Shown piece after piece: positions 1 to 9,654 of a DNA stretch of 64,000 bases (position 1 is its first letter; every line of letters starts with the position of its first letter). Source of the DNA: a candidate division WOR-3 bacterium (lineage in GTDB: Bacteria; Hydrothermota; Tepidihabitantia; B3-TA06). The notes under the pieces were generated by a model. The model searched no databases. It had not been told where the DNA came from and saw only the letters and a list, made by a program, of their open reading frames with translations. The position numbers were made by a program, and so were the translations under genes. The DNA is taken from positions 51,776-115,775 of the forward strand of contig CBFGKC010000003.1 in NCBI GenBank assembly GCA_965649265.1, read 5' to 3'.

Positions 1-1
1 T

Positions 2-514
2 GAGTCCATTGAACCGTCCGATCTCAGCACATTCGCAGATTGGACAGATCGTGCCGAGTCATTTACTTCGTTACCGTCTACTGCGTATTCCATTCCCCTC
101 GAAGGCATGGTACCGGGTGCATATCTCTACCTGGCTTGGGAAGTCTTTTCCCCGGGTACCGGAGTCGGAGCTGATGTCTTTCTGGGCCCTGTATCCGGCG
201 TTCACGAGGACCAGTTAGGTGTTCTTCCTCTTGACGTCAAGGAATATGGAGTTATTAACGAAGTCAAGTTCCTTGATGTCAACGCCTTCTCGGGATATTC
301 CACTATCCAATACTTTATACCTAAGGCAGCTAACGTGAACTTGAGCGTGTATGCGGTGACTGGTGAGTGTGTGGCCACACTCGTCAACGAGGAACAATCA
401 GCCGGTGGACATACCTTGCGCTGGGAAGGCAACGGACTGCCGGCAGGACTTTACATCGCACGCCTCTCAGCCGACGGCATCCAGGCTTCGGAGAAGATGA
501 TCAGGCTTAAGTAA
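2..514 (+). CDS. secreted protein with T9SS type A/FlgD-like C-terminal sorting domain (5' partial)
   Basis: Frame is open from position 2 (ESIEPSDLSTFADWTD...) into the listed 107..514 ORF; C-terminus NLSVYAVTGECVATLV...GLYIARL...KMIRLK; paralog of 800..1852. Confidence 0.75.
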   Translation, partial: ESIEPSDLSTFADWTDRAESFTSLPSTAYSIPLEGMVPGAYLYLAWEVFSPGTGVGADVFLGPVSGVHEDQLGVLPLDVKEYGVINEVKFLDVNAFSGYSTIQYFIPKAANVNLSVYAVTGECVATLVNEEQSAGGHTLRWEGNGLPAGLYIARLSADGIQASEKMIRLK

Positions 515-603
515 GTTCAAAAGCAATGCATTTCTGTTTCAAAATCGAATCATTCGCTCTGAATTGAACGGAGACCTGAGATCATTAAAACTCTCTTAAT
601 GAA

Positions 604-638
604 TTTTAGGCGCGGAGAAATAGACTCCGCGCCTAAAA
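604..638. terminator. intrinsic terminator-like hairpin
   Basis: 14-bp inverted repeat TTTTAGGCGCGGAG / CTCCGCGCCTAAAA. Confidence 0.6.
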
Positions 639-799
639 ACATCCTAAAGCCGGAGTGTTTCAAATTATCCGGGCATTCTGAAAAGATTACCCTCTATAAC
701 CATTGATTGCCGTGGAGCGGCAGAAAGGAGAGCGCGGAGCACAAATCTAAAAAGCCCGAAAGGCACTTTTCACCAAAATCTAAAACTAACGGAGATAAA

Positions 800-1852
800 A
801 TGAAAAGGATAACTACAGTAACTCTGGTAGCCCTGGCAATGGCTACGATGGCTTTTGGATACAAAGCCAGTAAAACTATCCTCATTCATCAGGACAAATG
901 CGATACCGCAACCGATATCCACTTCACAACTTTCCAGAAGGAAAAAAACATCCACATCAACAGCTATAATATCACTGTGGAAGGCTTCTCAAATGTTAGC
1001 ACAACCCCGAATGATCACGGGGTAGGAGACGGCCAGGTTCACGGTGTCGATGTGGATTGCGAAGGCGGAGCCATTCCTTATTGCCAAGAAATCAAGGTGC
1101 AAATCGAGTTCGATTTAAGCGACTTCAATACGGTAAGAATCGAAAACATACAATGGACTTATAATGGAGATACAATCCCCGGAGTTCCTCCTGACACGAT
1201 CCCCGCCGGAGTTCCAAATCTCGGATTTGCAGTAGATTACATTAACTCTCAGAATCAGTCAACCTACTGGTTCTACAATGATGATTCGGTAACCGTAATA
1301 GTACGTAACTTCCGTATGGCACTAAATCAACCGGGTTACATGATTCCTGACAAGTTGTTTAATTTCACAGACTGGACCAACTTTTATAGCGATTTCGTAG
1401 TTCCTCCTTACAGCTTCTGCGCGATTCCTCTGGACGGTATGCTGATAAGTCTCTACACTTTTGCAGCTTACGATGTTTACAAGCCGGGCTCTGCATACAA
1501 TGCTGAAATGAAAGTACTTTCATCTACCGAGGTACATGAAGATCAGACCGGAGGCGTTACTGAGCCTCTTAACATAGAAGAGATGGGTCTTCTTAAGGAT
1601 ACAAAGATTCTTGAAGTTGCAGCCTATCCGGGTTACTCCGAGATCAAGTATCAGCTTCCTCGCTCTTCCTACACAAATCTGTCCGTATACTCGCTTACCG
1701 GCGAAAAAGTAGCGACCCTTGTCGATGAAGTTCAATCTGCAGGCGGTTATACTCTTCGCTGGGAAGGCGACGGCCTGCCAGTCGGGCTTTACATCGCACG
1801 CCTCTCCGCCGATGGCATTCAGGCATCGGAAAAGATGATCAGGCTTAAGTAG
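800..1852 (+). CDS. secreted protein with signal peptide and T9SS type A-like C-terminal domain
   Basis: GGAG RBS before ATG 800; MKRITTVTLVALAMATMAFG signal peptide; C-terminal YSLTGEKVATLV...GLYIARL...KMIRLK. Confidence 0.8.
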   Translation: MKRITTVTLVALAMATMAFGYKASKTILIHQDKCDTATDIHFTTFQKEKNIHINSYNITVEGFSNVSTTPNDHGVGDGQVHGVDVDCEGGAIPYCQEIKVQIEFDLSDFNTVRIENIQWTYNGDTIPGVPPDTIPAGVPNLGFAVDYINSQNQSTYWFYNDDSVTVIVRNFRMALNQPGYMIPDKLFNFTDWTNFYSDFVVPPYSFCAIPLDGMLISLYTFAAYDVYKPGSAYNAEMKVLSSTEVHEDQTGGVTEPLNIEEMGLLKDTKILEVAAYPGYSEIKYQLPRSSYTNLSVYSLTGEKVATLVDEVQSAGGYTLRWEGDGLPVGLYIARLSADGIQASEKMIRLK

Positions 1853-1869
1853 TAAACTTAGAGAAAAGT

Positions 1870-1900
1870 AAAGAAGGGATCGGCAACGATCCCTTCTTTT
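1870..1900. terminator. bidirectional intrinsic terminator
   Basis: AAAGAAGGGATCG-GCAA-CGATCCCTTCTTT between convergent genes. Confidence 0.75.
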
Positions 1901-1957
1901 ATCTCTGATTTATTAAGAGATCCTACACGCAGATGAGTAGACGGACATGCAGGTGAA

Positions 1958-3616
1958 TTAAAACAACCCGGAAATTTTTCCCTCATCGTCAATATCGATG
2001 CGTTCGGCCGCTGGAGTTTTTGGAAGGCCTGGCATCCTCAAAATCTCGCCCGTTATCGGGATAAGGAATCCTGCACCTGCGGCTATAACGATGTCGCGAA
2101 CGGTCACGAGAAAATCCTTTGGTCGTCCGAGGAGGTGGGGGTTGTCCGAAAGCGAATTCTGTGTCTTGGCGATGCATATCGGCAGTTTGTCGTATCCGAG
2201 CTTCTTGATCTGGCGAAGGTCTTTCTCGGCGTCAGGAGTAAAATCAACCGCTTCAGCCCCGTATATCTCCCTGGCAACGGTCTCTATCTTTCGCTCGACC
2301 GGCCAGTCCAGTTCATATAAAGGTTTGTAATGTCCTGGTTCCTCTCTGAGCACTTTGACCACCTTCTCCGCTAAGGCCATTCCACCCTCGCCGCCCCTTG
2401 CCCAGACCTCAGCCCTTGCGGACTCGTATCCCTTCTCCTGGCAGAACTCCTCGATAACCCTTATCTCCTCCTCGGTATCATTGGTGAAAATATTTATCGC
2501 CACCACCTCAGGCATCGAAAACTTGGCAATGTTTTCAAGGTGTTTTGCAAGATTCGGCAATCCCCTGCGCACGGCCTCGGCATCCGGATTATCGAGTTCT
2601 TTCTTGTCGACGCCGCCGTGCATCTTGAGTGCACGCACTGTGGCCACAAGGACTACAACGCCCGGGTCTAGGTTTCCGGTTCTTGAGACGATATCAAAGA
2701 ACTTCTCAGCACCGAGATCGAAACCGAATCCGGCCTCTGTGACAACGTACTCCCCGTGATGGAGGGCTAGTTTAGTGGCCATGATGGAGTTGGCTCCCTG
2801 CGCTATGTTGGCGAAGGGTCCTCCATGGATGAAAGCTGGAACTCCCTCGGTCGTCTGGACGATGTTAGGTTTGAACGCATCCCGCAACAGTGCAGCCATC
2901 GCGCCTGATGCCTTGATGGCTTTTGCGGTCACTGGCTCACCTGTGTAAGTAAAGCCTATGAGGATCCTGTCGAGCCGGGCTTTAAGGTCTGAGAATGTCT
3001 CGGTCAGGCAAAGAATAGCCATTACTTCGGACGCCGCAGTGATGTCGAAACCCGATTCGCGCGGAAAGCCCATCGCTTTCCCGCCGAGTCCGATGACTAT
3101 CTGACGCAGGCTGCGGTCGTTCACGTCCATGACGTGTCGCCAGAGCACTGTCCTTGGATCTATTCCGGCTTCGTTTCCATGATGGATGTGATTGTCTATC
3201 ATGGCAGTCAAGAGGTTGTGTGCCGCGGTGACCGCATGGATATCACCCGTGAAGTGGAGATTGATGTCGTCTGAAGGAAGAACCTGTGATGCTCCGCCGC
3301 CGGTTGCACCACCCTTTACCCCCATTACCGGTCCGAGCGAGGGTTCCCTCAGTGCGAGCGCCGGATTCTTACCTATCTTTGCAAGCCCCTGTGCAAGCCC
3401 GATGGAAATGGTTGTCTTTCCTTCGCCCGCAGGGGTGGGGGTTATGGCGGAGACGAGTATAAGCTTACCCTGATGTTCGCACCCGTAAATGGCGTGGCAT
3501 TTCTTTTCGTGAATCTTTGCCTTATACTGCCCGTAGAGTTCCAACTCATCCGGCATTATCCCGATCTTTGCGGCGATGTCGAAGATCGGCTTCATCTTTA
3601 AGTTATCAGTCGACAT
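1958..3616 (-). CDS. fhs: formate--tetrahydrofolate ligase
   Basis: TPTPAGEGKTT, KGGATGGG, INLHFTGD, HGGPFANIA, MPGLP motifs; 552 aa. Confidence 0.97.
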   Translation of the reverse strand: MSTDNLKMKPIFDIAAKIGIMPDELELYGQYKAKIHEKKCHAIYGCEHQGKLILVSAITPTPAGEGKTTISIGLAQGLAKIGKNPALALREPSLGPVMGVKGGATGGGASQVLPSDDINLHFTGDIHAVTAAHNLLTAMIDNHIHHGNEAGIDPRTVLWRHVMDVNDRSLRQIVIGLGGKAMGFPRESGFDITAASEVMAILCLTETFSDLKARLDRILIGFTYTGEPVTAKAIKASGAMAALLRDAFKPNIVQTTEGVPAFIHGGPFANIAQGANSIMATKLALHHGEYVVTEAGFGFDLGAEKFFDIVSRTGNLDPGVVVLVATVRALKMHGGVDKKELDNPDAEAVRRGLPNLAKHLENIAKFSMPEVVAINIFTNDTEEEIRVIEEFCQEKGYESARAEVWARGGEGGMALAEKVVKVLREEPGHYKPLYELDWPVERKIETVAREIYGAEAVDFTPDAEKDLRQIKKLGYDKLPICIAKTQNSLSDNPHLLGRPKDFLVTVRDIVIAAGAGFLIPITGEILRMPGLPKTPAAERIDIDDEGKISGLF

Positions 3617-3722
3617 CTGACCTCCTTTGATATTCCCTTTAGTCTAACCGGAAAAAAGAGCGTGTCAAAGGGATTGACATCTTGATTCTGCCCGAGTATT
3701 CTTTTCCAAAAAGGAGGCTTTC

Positions 3723-4739
3723 TTGAGAACTACGATAATTTTCTTATCCACGGTAATAACCTTTCTGGGAGCAGGGGAGCTGGTAATAACCCGCGACGGA
3801 GAAGTCGCTCAGACACAGGATGTATCCGATTGGACGCCCGGGGAGGAGTTTTGCTTCCTCGAGGGTGAGCCCTACAACAACTACTACTACCCCTGGTCGG
3901 GCGAGGAGTCCATAGATTATATGGTCGACGACAAGGGTCTGTGGGTTAGTGGCACGCTCAAGGGTTTCACGACCTTCGATCAGGAACCGAAGAAAGTAAG
4001 GAAACCTCAGGACGTGGTGACGATTCTGGCGACCGTCGAGTACCTTCCGGACCTCGTGCGTTTTCCCAATCTCGTGGCACTTTCCGTTGTGCCGACGGAT
4101 GAGGAAAACAATCTCTCCGACCTTCGAGCGCTCAAGGGGCTTCGCTACCTTAACCTTGGCGAGGGTCCAATCGCGGATAATGGAGTGGACGCGTTTGTTG
4201 GTCTTGCCGATCTCAGGGAACTCGACGCTAGCTTTACCATCCTTCCAGAGGGTGCAATGGAGAACATTGGCAAGCTTCCGAATCTAAAAAAACTCTCACT
4301 CAACGCGGTCTCCGGGGAGGAAATACTCTGCCTTAGGGGTATGAAAAAGCTCGAGGCGTTAAGCACGATGTATACGATAGCCGACACCCCCTGGCTCGAA
4401 TTGCTCCCGACTCTCACCGGACTCAAGGAGCTATCAGTCATCCAGTCCGAAATCGCACCCGAGGTTCTGGAACTGCTTGCAGGAACGAATCAGCTTGAAA
4501 GGCTCTACCTGCCATACGCCGGTATCGACGATATCCATCTCAAGTCGATAGGCAAAATGACCAATCTAAAGGAACTCGATCTCTACGGCACAAGGATAAC
4601 GGAATCGGGCCTCAAGTATCTGGAGAAGCTCGTGAATCTGAAAACACTCTATCTCGGCGGCGGCGGAGAAATCACCCCCCAGGGGGTGGAAAAACTTCAT
4701 AAGAAGCTTCCTGCGTGTGAGATAGGATACGACGAGTAG
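3723..4739 (+). CDS. exported leucine-rich repeat protein
   Basis: AGGAGG RBS + TTG; signal peptide; repeated LxxLxxLxL units (e.g. LKELDLYGTRITESGLKYL). Confidence 0.8.
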   Translation: MRTTIIFLSTVITFLGAGELVITRDGEVAQTQDVSDWTPGEEFCFLEGEPYNNYYYPWSGEESIDYMVDDKGLWVSGTLKGFTTFDQEPKKVRKPQDVVTILATVEYLPDLVRFPNLVALSVVPTDEENNLSDLRALKGLRYLNLGEGPIADNGVDAFVGLADLRELDASFTILPEGAMENIGKLPNLKKLSLNAVSGEEILCLRGMKKLEALSTMYTIADTPWLELLPTLTGLKELSVIQSEIAPEVLELLAGTNQLERLYLPYAGIDDIHLKSIGKMTNLKELDLYGTRITESGLKYLEKLVNLKTLYLGGGGEITPQGVEKLHKKLPACEIGYDE

Positions 4740-4792
4740 GCTTGACAAGCTGATTTTTTAGTTTAGTCTTGTGCAATATAAGGAGGAACGTT

Positions 4793-7165
4793 ATGGTTCG
4801 GATCGTTAGGAAAAGCACCACAAGTAAATTCCCGATGTTTTTGTTTGTCTCATCCCTATTGCTGCCTTTGGTGGGATATTCCCAGGGGGACAGGGTGGAT
4901 AGTCTTATTGCTCTCCTTCAATCTCGTAATTTCGAAACCCAAAAAGAAGCAATCCGCGGATTAGCCTGGATTGGTGACTCACGGGCAGTTTTGCCTATTG
5001 AGAAATTGCTCGACGAGGATGATATTCGCATCAGGCGAGAAGCAACCAGGGCACTAGGGGCTATTGGTGATACTAGCGCTACCGAAAGAATTCTCGCATT
5101 GATGAACGATGCTGACACAGCCGTCATATTGGATGCCATAATTGCTCTGGGTGTGCTCAAAGACAAAAGGGCAGTCGAGCCGCTAGTGATAAGATTAAGG
5201 AGTGAAGACAGGATTGAACAAACATCAGGCAGGAGCTTAATTGAGATAGGCGATGCGGCGGTTCCGATTCTTATCAAAGCTTTATCAAATCAAAAATGGA
5301 ATGTCCAATATCCAGCAGAAGCAGTCTTACGAGATATGAAATCAATCAAAGTAGAAACTTTAATCGCAGCATTGCATGATGACAGTTCAAGAACCCGACG
5401 TATAGCTGCAAATCTTCTTGGACGTACAAAATGCAAAAGAGCGTTGGGGCCCCTTATAGATGTTCTTCAGGATTCAGTTGCGTTCGTTAGATTTAACGCC
5501 GTAATCGCCCTAGGGACAATAAACGACATTCAAGCAGTGGAGCCTTTGATTCAATCTTTAAAAGACAGCGACCCAGATGTCAGGACATATGCAATTCAAA
5601 GTTTAGCAAGTTATAAGGATGAACGGTCAGTAATTCCTTTCATGGGATGCTTAAACGATGAGAATTCCTACGCCAGGTCTGAGGCTTTCAAAGCTTTGAA
5701 AGCGTTTGCTGATCCGAGAACTATAGACTCTTTAATTCCCTTTCTGCGCGATTCTTACGTCCGCTCAGAGGCTGAAGAAGTCCTAGCCGCCATTGGCAGA
5801 CCTGCAGTTAAGCCGCTGCTTGAGGCATTTAGGGATTGTAAATATTACGACACTAAAATAGGAATCATTTCAACGCTGGGAGAAATAGGTGGTCCCCTTG
5901 CTTTAAGGAAACTTGCAGAGATAGCTGACTCACAAGTTTACTCGTTCAGTGCAACGCAAGCCTTGGGAAAAATAGGAAAGCCTGCAGTTGGCGAGTTGAT
6001 AAACTTGATGAATGCCAAGGAACCATTTGTACGCGAGGAAGCAATTGAAGCTTTGGGGCGAATTGGGGACAAACGGGCAGTCCAACCCCTCGTTGAGATA
6101 ATCCAGAAAAAGGATTCATCAACCCTGATTCCTGCAGTAAAGGCTTTAAAAGCCCTGGATAGTTCCGAAGCATTTCCTTTCTTATTAAGTATGCTGGAAT
6201 ATCCGGATAGTAACGTTAGGGCGTTTGCAGCATGGGAATTGCGAGATATGAATGATAGTCGAGCAGTCGACCCCTTGATTTCTTTGTTGGAGAACGATGA
6301 TAGTTGGATTGTAAGGAGGAATGCAACTTGGTCTTTGGGTGATATAGGCGATAAGTGTGCCACGCCAAAGTTAATTAATGCCTTCAAGAATCCAGGTAAG
6401 TACTATGTAATCGCTGTTGAAGATGCCTTGATAAGGATCGATGATACTACGGCAGTTCCTGATATGATAAATGAACTCGGAGGCAATAATGCTGGGTATG
6501 CTGCAAGAGTACTCGGACATTTAAAGGACAAGCGTGCGGTTGAACCTTTGATTAATGCGTTGAAAAGTGGAGGCCGTTTCACCAAGGAAGAGGCTATAAA
6601 AGCCCTGGGGCAACTTGGGGATAAGAAAGCTGTGGAACCACTAATTGCTGAGCTTTCCGATTCTAATGCACGGATTCGAAATGAAGCCTGTAATGCATTA
6701 GTGGATTTGGGGATACAATCTGTAGAACCTTTAATTGAAGCTTTGGAAACGGAAGATACTTTGATTGTAAAACAAAGCGTAGGGATTCTTGGTCGTATTA
6801 AGGATCGCCGTGCCATTGAACCACTAATTACTCAAATCCACGGTTCTATTAAAGGAATTAGATGGGAAAGCGCAGTTGCTCTGCTCAATTTCAAATGCGA
6901 GCAGCATTCACAGGAGACTTTTGTTGCACTCCTCGATGATGAATTTCCTTGCATGCGAGGACTGGCTGCTATGGCACTATGGCACTGTGAAGAGGTAGAT
7001 CCTCAATCAATAAAGTATTTAATATATGCCCTTACAGATGGCGAATGTAGATTCAATCAAGATAATGCCTGGACAGCCCTCAAAATGATCACAAGAGAAG
7101 ATTTTTTATATGACTACCGTACTTGGCGCAATTGGTGGGAGAAAAACAAAAGATCGTTTAAGTAG
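4793..7165 (+). CDS. HEAT/PBS-lyase repeat protein, probably exported
   Basis: Many ALGxIGDxRAVEPLIxxL repeats; AGGAGG RBS before ATG 4793; hydrophobic N-terminus. Confidence 0.85.
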   Translation: MVRIVRKSTTSKFPMFLFVSSLLLPLVGYSQGDRVDSLIALLQSRNFETQKEAIRGLAWIGDSRAVLPIEKLLDEDDIRIRREATRALGAIGDTSATERILALMNDADTAVILDAIIALGVLKDKRAVEPLVIRLRSEDRIEQTSGRSLIEIGDAAVPILIKALSNQKWNVQYPAEAVLRDMKSIKVETLIAALHDDSSRTRRIAANLLGRTKCKRALGPLIDVLQDSVAFVRFNAVIALGTINDIQAVEPLIQSLKDSDPDVRTYAIQSLASYKDERSVIPFMGCLNDENSYARSEAFKALKAFADPRTIDSLIPFLRDSYVRSEAEEVLAAIGRPAVKPLLEAFRDCKYYDTKIGIISTLGEIGGPLALRKLAEIADSQVYSFSATQALGKIGKPAVGELINLMNAKEPFVREEAIEALGRIGDKRAVQPLVEIIQKKDSSTLIPAVKALKALDSSEAFPFLLSMLEYPDSNVRAFAAWELRDMNDSRAVDPLISLLENDDSWIVRRNATWSLGDIGDKCATPKLINAFKNPGKYYVIAVEDALIRIDDTTAVPDMINELGGNNAGYAARVLGHLKDKRAVEPLINALKSGGRFTKEEAIKALGQLGDKKAVEPLIAELSDSNARIRNEACNALVDLGIQSVEPLIEALETEDTLIVKQSVGILGRIKDRRAIEPLITQIHGSIKGIRWESAVALLNFKCEQHSQETFVALLDDEFPCMRGLAAMALWHCEEVDPQSIKYLIYALTDGECRFNQDNAWTALKMITREDFLYDYRTWRNWWEKNKRSFK

Positions 7166-7265
7166 GGGGACGGGTAAAAGGGGTCCCAAGAAACTGCAAT
7201 ACGGTTTCCCGGGGTATTCAAGCAGGGTTCCCCAGAAAAAACGCTGTGATTTTCGGGGGTTAAAA

Positions 7266-7337
7266 AGCGGCGGACGGGACTCGAACCCGCAACCAACAGC
7301 TTGGAAGGCTGTTACTCTACCATTGAGTTACCACCGC
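7266..7337 (-). tRNA. tRNA-Gly(TCC)
   Basis: Reverse complement GCGGTGGTAACTCAATGGTAGAG...CAGC-CTTCCAA-GCTG...GGTTCGAGTCC...CCGCCGCT; cloverleaf; CCA not encoded. Confidence 0.93.
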
Positions 7338-7367
7338 GGGTCGGCGATGTTTCACGCACAAATATGA

Positions 7368-7433
7368 AGTATAGCAATGCCCGGAAAGTATGTCAACCTT
7401 AAACCTTGACACTCATGCAACTTGAAATATAAT
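7368..7433. promoter_or_regulatory. back-to-back sigma70 promoters for the two tRNAs
   Basis: Plus: TTGACA(7406)-16-TATAAT(7428). Minus: TTGACA(7396)-17-TATACT(7373). Confidence 0.8.
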
Positions 7434-7475
7434 CACAGCTGAAAAGGCTTTTCCTCGGAAAAACGCCGTTTCGAT

Positions 7476-7550
7476 CGGGGCGTGGCGCAGCCCGGATAGC
7501 GCACTAGCTTGGGGTGCTAGGGGTCGGTGGTTCAAATCCACTCGCCCCGA
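7476..7550 (+). tRNA. tRNA-Pro(GGG)
   Basis: CGGGGCGTGGCGCAGCCCGGATAGCGC...CTAGC-TTGGGGT-GCTAG...GGTTCAAATCC...CGCCCCGA; CCA not encoded. Confidence 0.93.
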
Positions 7551-7555
7551 TGTAT

Positions 7556-7595
7556 AGAGGCGGATTTTCCTTAAAGGAATCTCCGCCTCTTTTTT
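7556..7595 (+). terminator. intrinsic terminator after tRNA-Pro
   Basis: AGAGGCGGA...TCCGCCTCT stem followed by a T tract. Confidence 0.7.
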
Positions 7596-7613
7596 CGGAA
7601 TATCTTAGTTGTT

Positions 7614-8489
7614 CTAGGGTAAATAAGTTCCGATGAACTCCTCTATTTTTTTGGAGTAATCGTCTCCCGCGGTGTAAGGTACGTTGCCGTGCCCTGCATT
7701 CTGTACCCAGAAAGAATCCTTAGGCTCTTCAGCCAGTTCCCAAAGCACAAGCGCGTTGTGCTCAAACACCACGTAGCTATCACTGCGTCCATGCATCATG
7801 AGCAATGGGCAGCCGATATTCGCGATCCTTTTTTCGCTGTCGAAATCGTCGCCGGAGACGAGTCCGCCCGGAAGCCCCAGGAGCCCCGAATCTTTGAGTA
7901 GTGCTGCGGTCGAAGCGGGGGATGATTCGAGGATGACGGCCCCTGGCGAGCGCACGTCCGCCGCGAGGTAGGTCGTCATGTAACCGCCGAGTGAAAAGCC
8001 TAAAAAAACGATCTTTGAAGTATCAACCATCTTCTGGGCGAGAATTCTCTCAAGTGCTCCTTTGGCGCTTTCGAAACAGGTAACGCTTGAAGGTTCCCCC
8101 TCGGAGCGGCCAAACCCCGGGTAGTCGTAGATGTACACGCGGTAGCCCATCTCCCACAGGAGTTCTACCCGATCCCAGTACGCGTCTATGTTGGCAGAAT
8201 TGCCGTGACTGTAGAGTATTGTAACCCTTTCGCCGAAAGGCATGGACGTGTCGGAGAGTGTATCACCGGGATGCAAAGCCCAGAAACCGTAGATCAAACC
8301 CGAACTGATTGAGAAGCTGTCAGGGACGATAAGGTCATCCGGTATTATCCCGCGGTAATGCTCGAAATTCTTCATAACCTCTGGATCAAGGTATGAGTCT
8401 GTGTGTACGTTATCATAATAAAAAGGTTCAAGCGAGAAGCATCCTGCGTTAAGTAAGAGCGCGATAGGCAAAAATAGGCGGTTAATCAT
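7614..8489 (-). CDS. alpha/beta hydrolase lipoprotein (ABHD17/BEM46-like)
   Basis: HGN, DYPGFGRSEG, GFSLGG nucleophile elbow, HGxxD, AGH; lipobox LNAGC; start ATG 8489 behind GGAGG. Confidence 0.85.
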   Translation of the reverse strand: MINRLFLPIALLLNAGCFSLEPFYYDNVHTDSYLDPEVMKNFEHYRGIIPDDLIVPDSFSISSGLIYGFWALHPGDTLSDTSMPFGERVTILYSHGNSANIDAYWDRVELLWEMGYRVYIYDYPGFGRSEGEPSSVTCFESAKGALERILAQKMVDTSKIVFLGFSLGGYMTTYLAADVRSPGAVILESSPASTAALLKDSGLLGLPGGLVSGDDFDSEKRIANIGCPLLMMHGRSDSYVVFEHNALVLWELAEEPKDSFWVQNAGHGNVPYTAGDDYSKKIEEFIGTYLP

Positions 8490-9135
8490 TGCTTCCTCCG
8501 GGGTAGAGCGTGACTCCCAGAACGACTCCGAGAGCACCCTGGTCTAAGGGTGAGATGGGAAAGTTCACGACTCGGTATTCTGAGTTCTCTGTCGGTGAAT
8601 ACCATTTTACTTCGAGATCGACGCCTGCATACCCAAGCCTGTACTCGGCACCTAAGAGTCCTGCCCATGCCGCATAAGGCTTCTCGAGTTGAAAGAACGT
8701 TTGTCCTCCTGAGTAGAGCAGGAGTTTGTCGCAGACTATCCATGAGAAGATTGCCTCAACTTCGGGCGAGAATCCAGCAGCCACGTTGAACGGGTTAACC
8801 CAGAAGGTAGGATTGGCTCCGAGGACAAGTGAAGGCAGGAGTTTTTTTCCATGAATGATTTCATAGCTTAAACCTGCTTCCAGGCCGATTGTTCCGAATG
8901 CAAGCATTGTCGGGTGCAAACCTATGTGGGCCTCAAGGCTTTTTAATACGCCCCAGCGGTAGCGTAAAACGGAGTAGGGGAGTGGCAAATCACCGATGCC
9001 AGGCAAGGTTACGATTGGACCACCAACAGAGACTGCCACGGCGTTTTGTCCCGGTTCGAGAGGCCTGACTGTGGAAACCGTTCCACAACCCGTTATTAAA
9101 ATTGCCAAGAAGAACAATTGCAGACGTTTAATCAC
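8482..9135 (-). CDS. hypothetical lipoprotein, beta-strand rich (outer-membrane-like)
   Basis: Lipobox LITGC; amphipathic strands; translationally coupled to the hydrolase. Confidence 0.65.
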   Translation of the reverse strand: MIKRLQLFFLAILITGCGTVSTVRPLEPGQNAVAVSVGGPIVTLPGIGDLPLPYSVLRYRWGVLKSLEAHIGLHPTMLAFGTIGLEAGLSYEIIHGKKLLPSLVLGANPTFWVNPFNVAAGFSPEVEAIFSWIVCDKLLLYSGGQTFFQLEKPYAAWAGLLGAEYRLGYAGVDLEVKWYSPTENSEYRVVNFPISPLDQGALGVVLGVTLYPGGSND

Positions 9136-9357
9136 GCTTCCTCCATTTTTGGAGATAATATATTACATCAAAGATTTAAGTCAACAGAAGGAATTGAAAC
9201 AAAAAAAGATATCAAACGTCTTTAGGATAATGGTAGTCGTGAGTTTATACTCATGCCCCATGGTGATTAAACGACAATTCAAAGGGGAGAGTCCTGCAAG
9301 ACTCTCCCCTTCAGTAAGATACCTACAGGAACATAAGAATCCTGGTATGGAGGATAA

Positions 9358-9600
9358 ATGGGTATAGCCAGCTTTATTCTATCCATCGTCGGGCTTGTGG
9401 TGGGGGCTATTGGACTTGTGCCATTGTTGGGCTTGTTGGAATGGGTGGCGCTGGCCCTGGGTATTATGGCTTTTATAATGGCGATTGTACCAATATCAAG
9501 GCGAATCGTTGCCCCTTTTGCCATTGTGGGGCTGATCCTCTCGATAGTCGTTATTGTCATGGCGATTCTCAGACTTGCCGTCGGAGGCTGGTTTAGTTAA
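9358..9600 (+). CDS. small integral membrane protein (DUF4190-like)
   Basis: GGAGG RBS; MGIASFILSIVGL... with three hydrophobic segments. Confidence 0.65.
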   Translation: MGIASFILSIVGLVVGAIGLVPLLGLLEWVALALGIMAFIMAIVPISRRIVAPFAIVGLILSIVVIVMAILRLAVGGWFS

Positions 9601-9654
9601 GGGATTCCCATTACGATGGATTTCCGGGGGGAGGGGGTTGAACCTTTTAAACCT

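Noticed and set aside
532-686. TGTTTCAAA...TCTGAA motif occurring twice
   Set aside because: Short, with unequal spacing; may be chance in AT-rich intergenic DNA
707-799. N-terminal extension of the 707..1852 ORF
   Set aside because: RBS and signal peptide begin at ATG 800; similar over-extended starts were trimmed for several other ORFs
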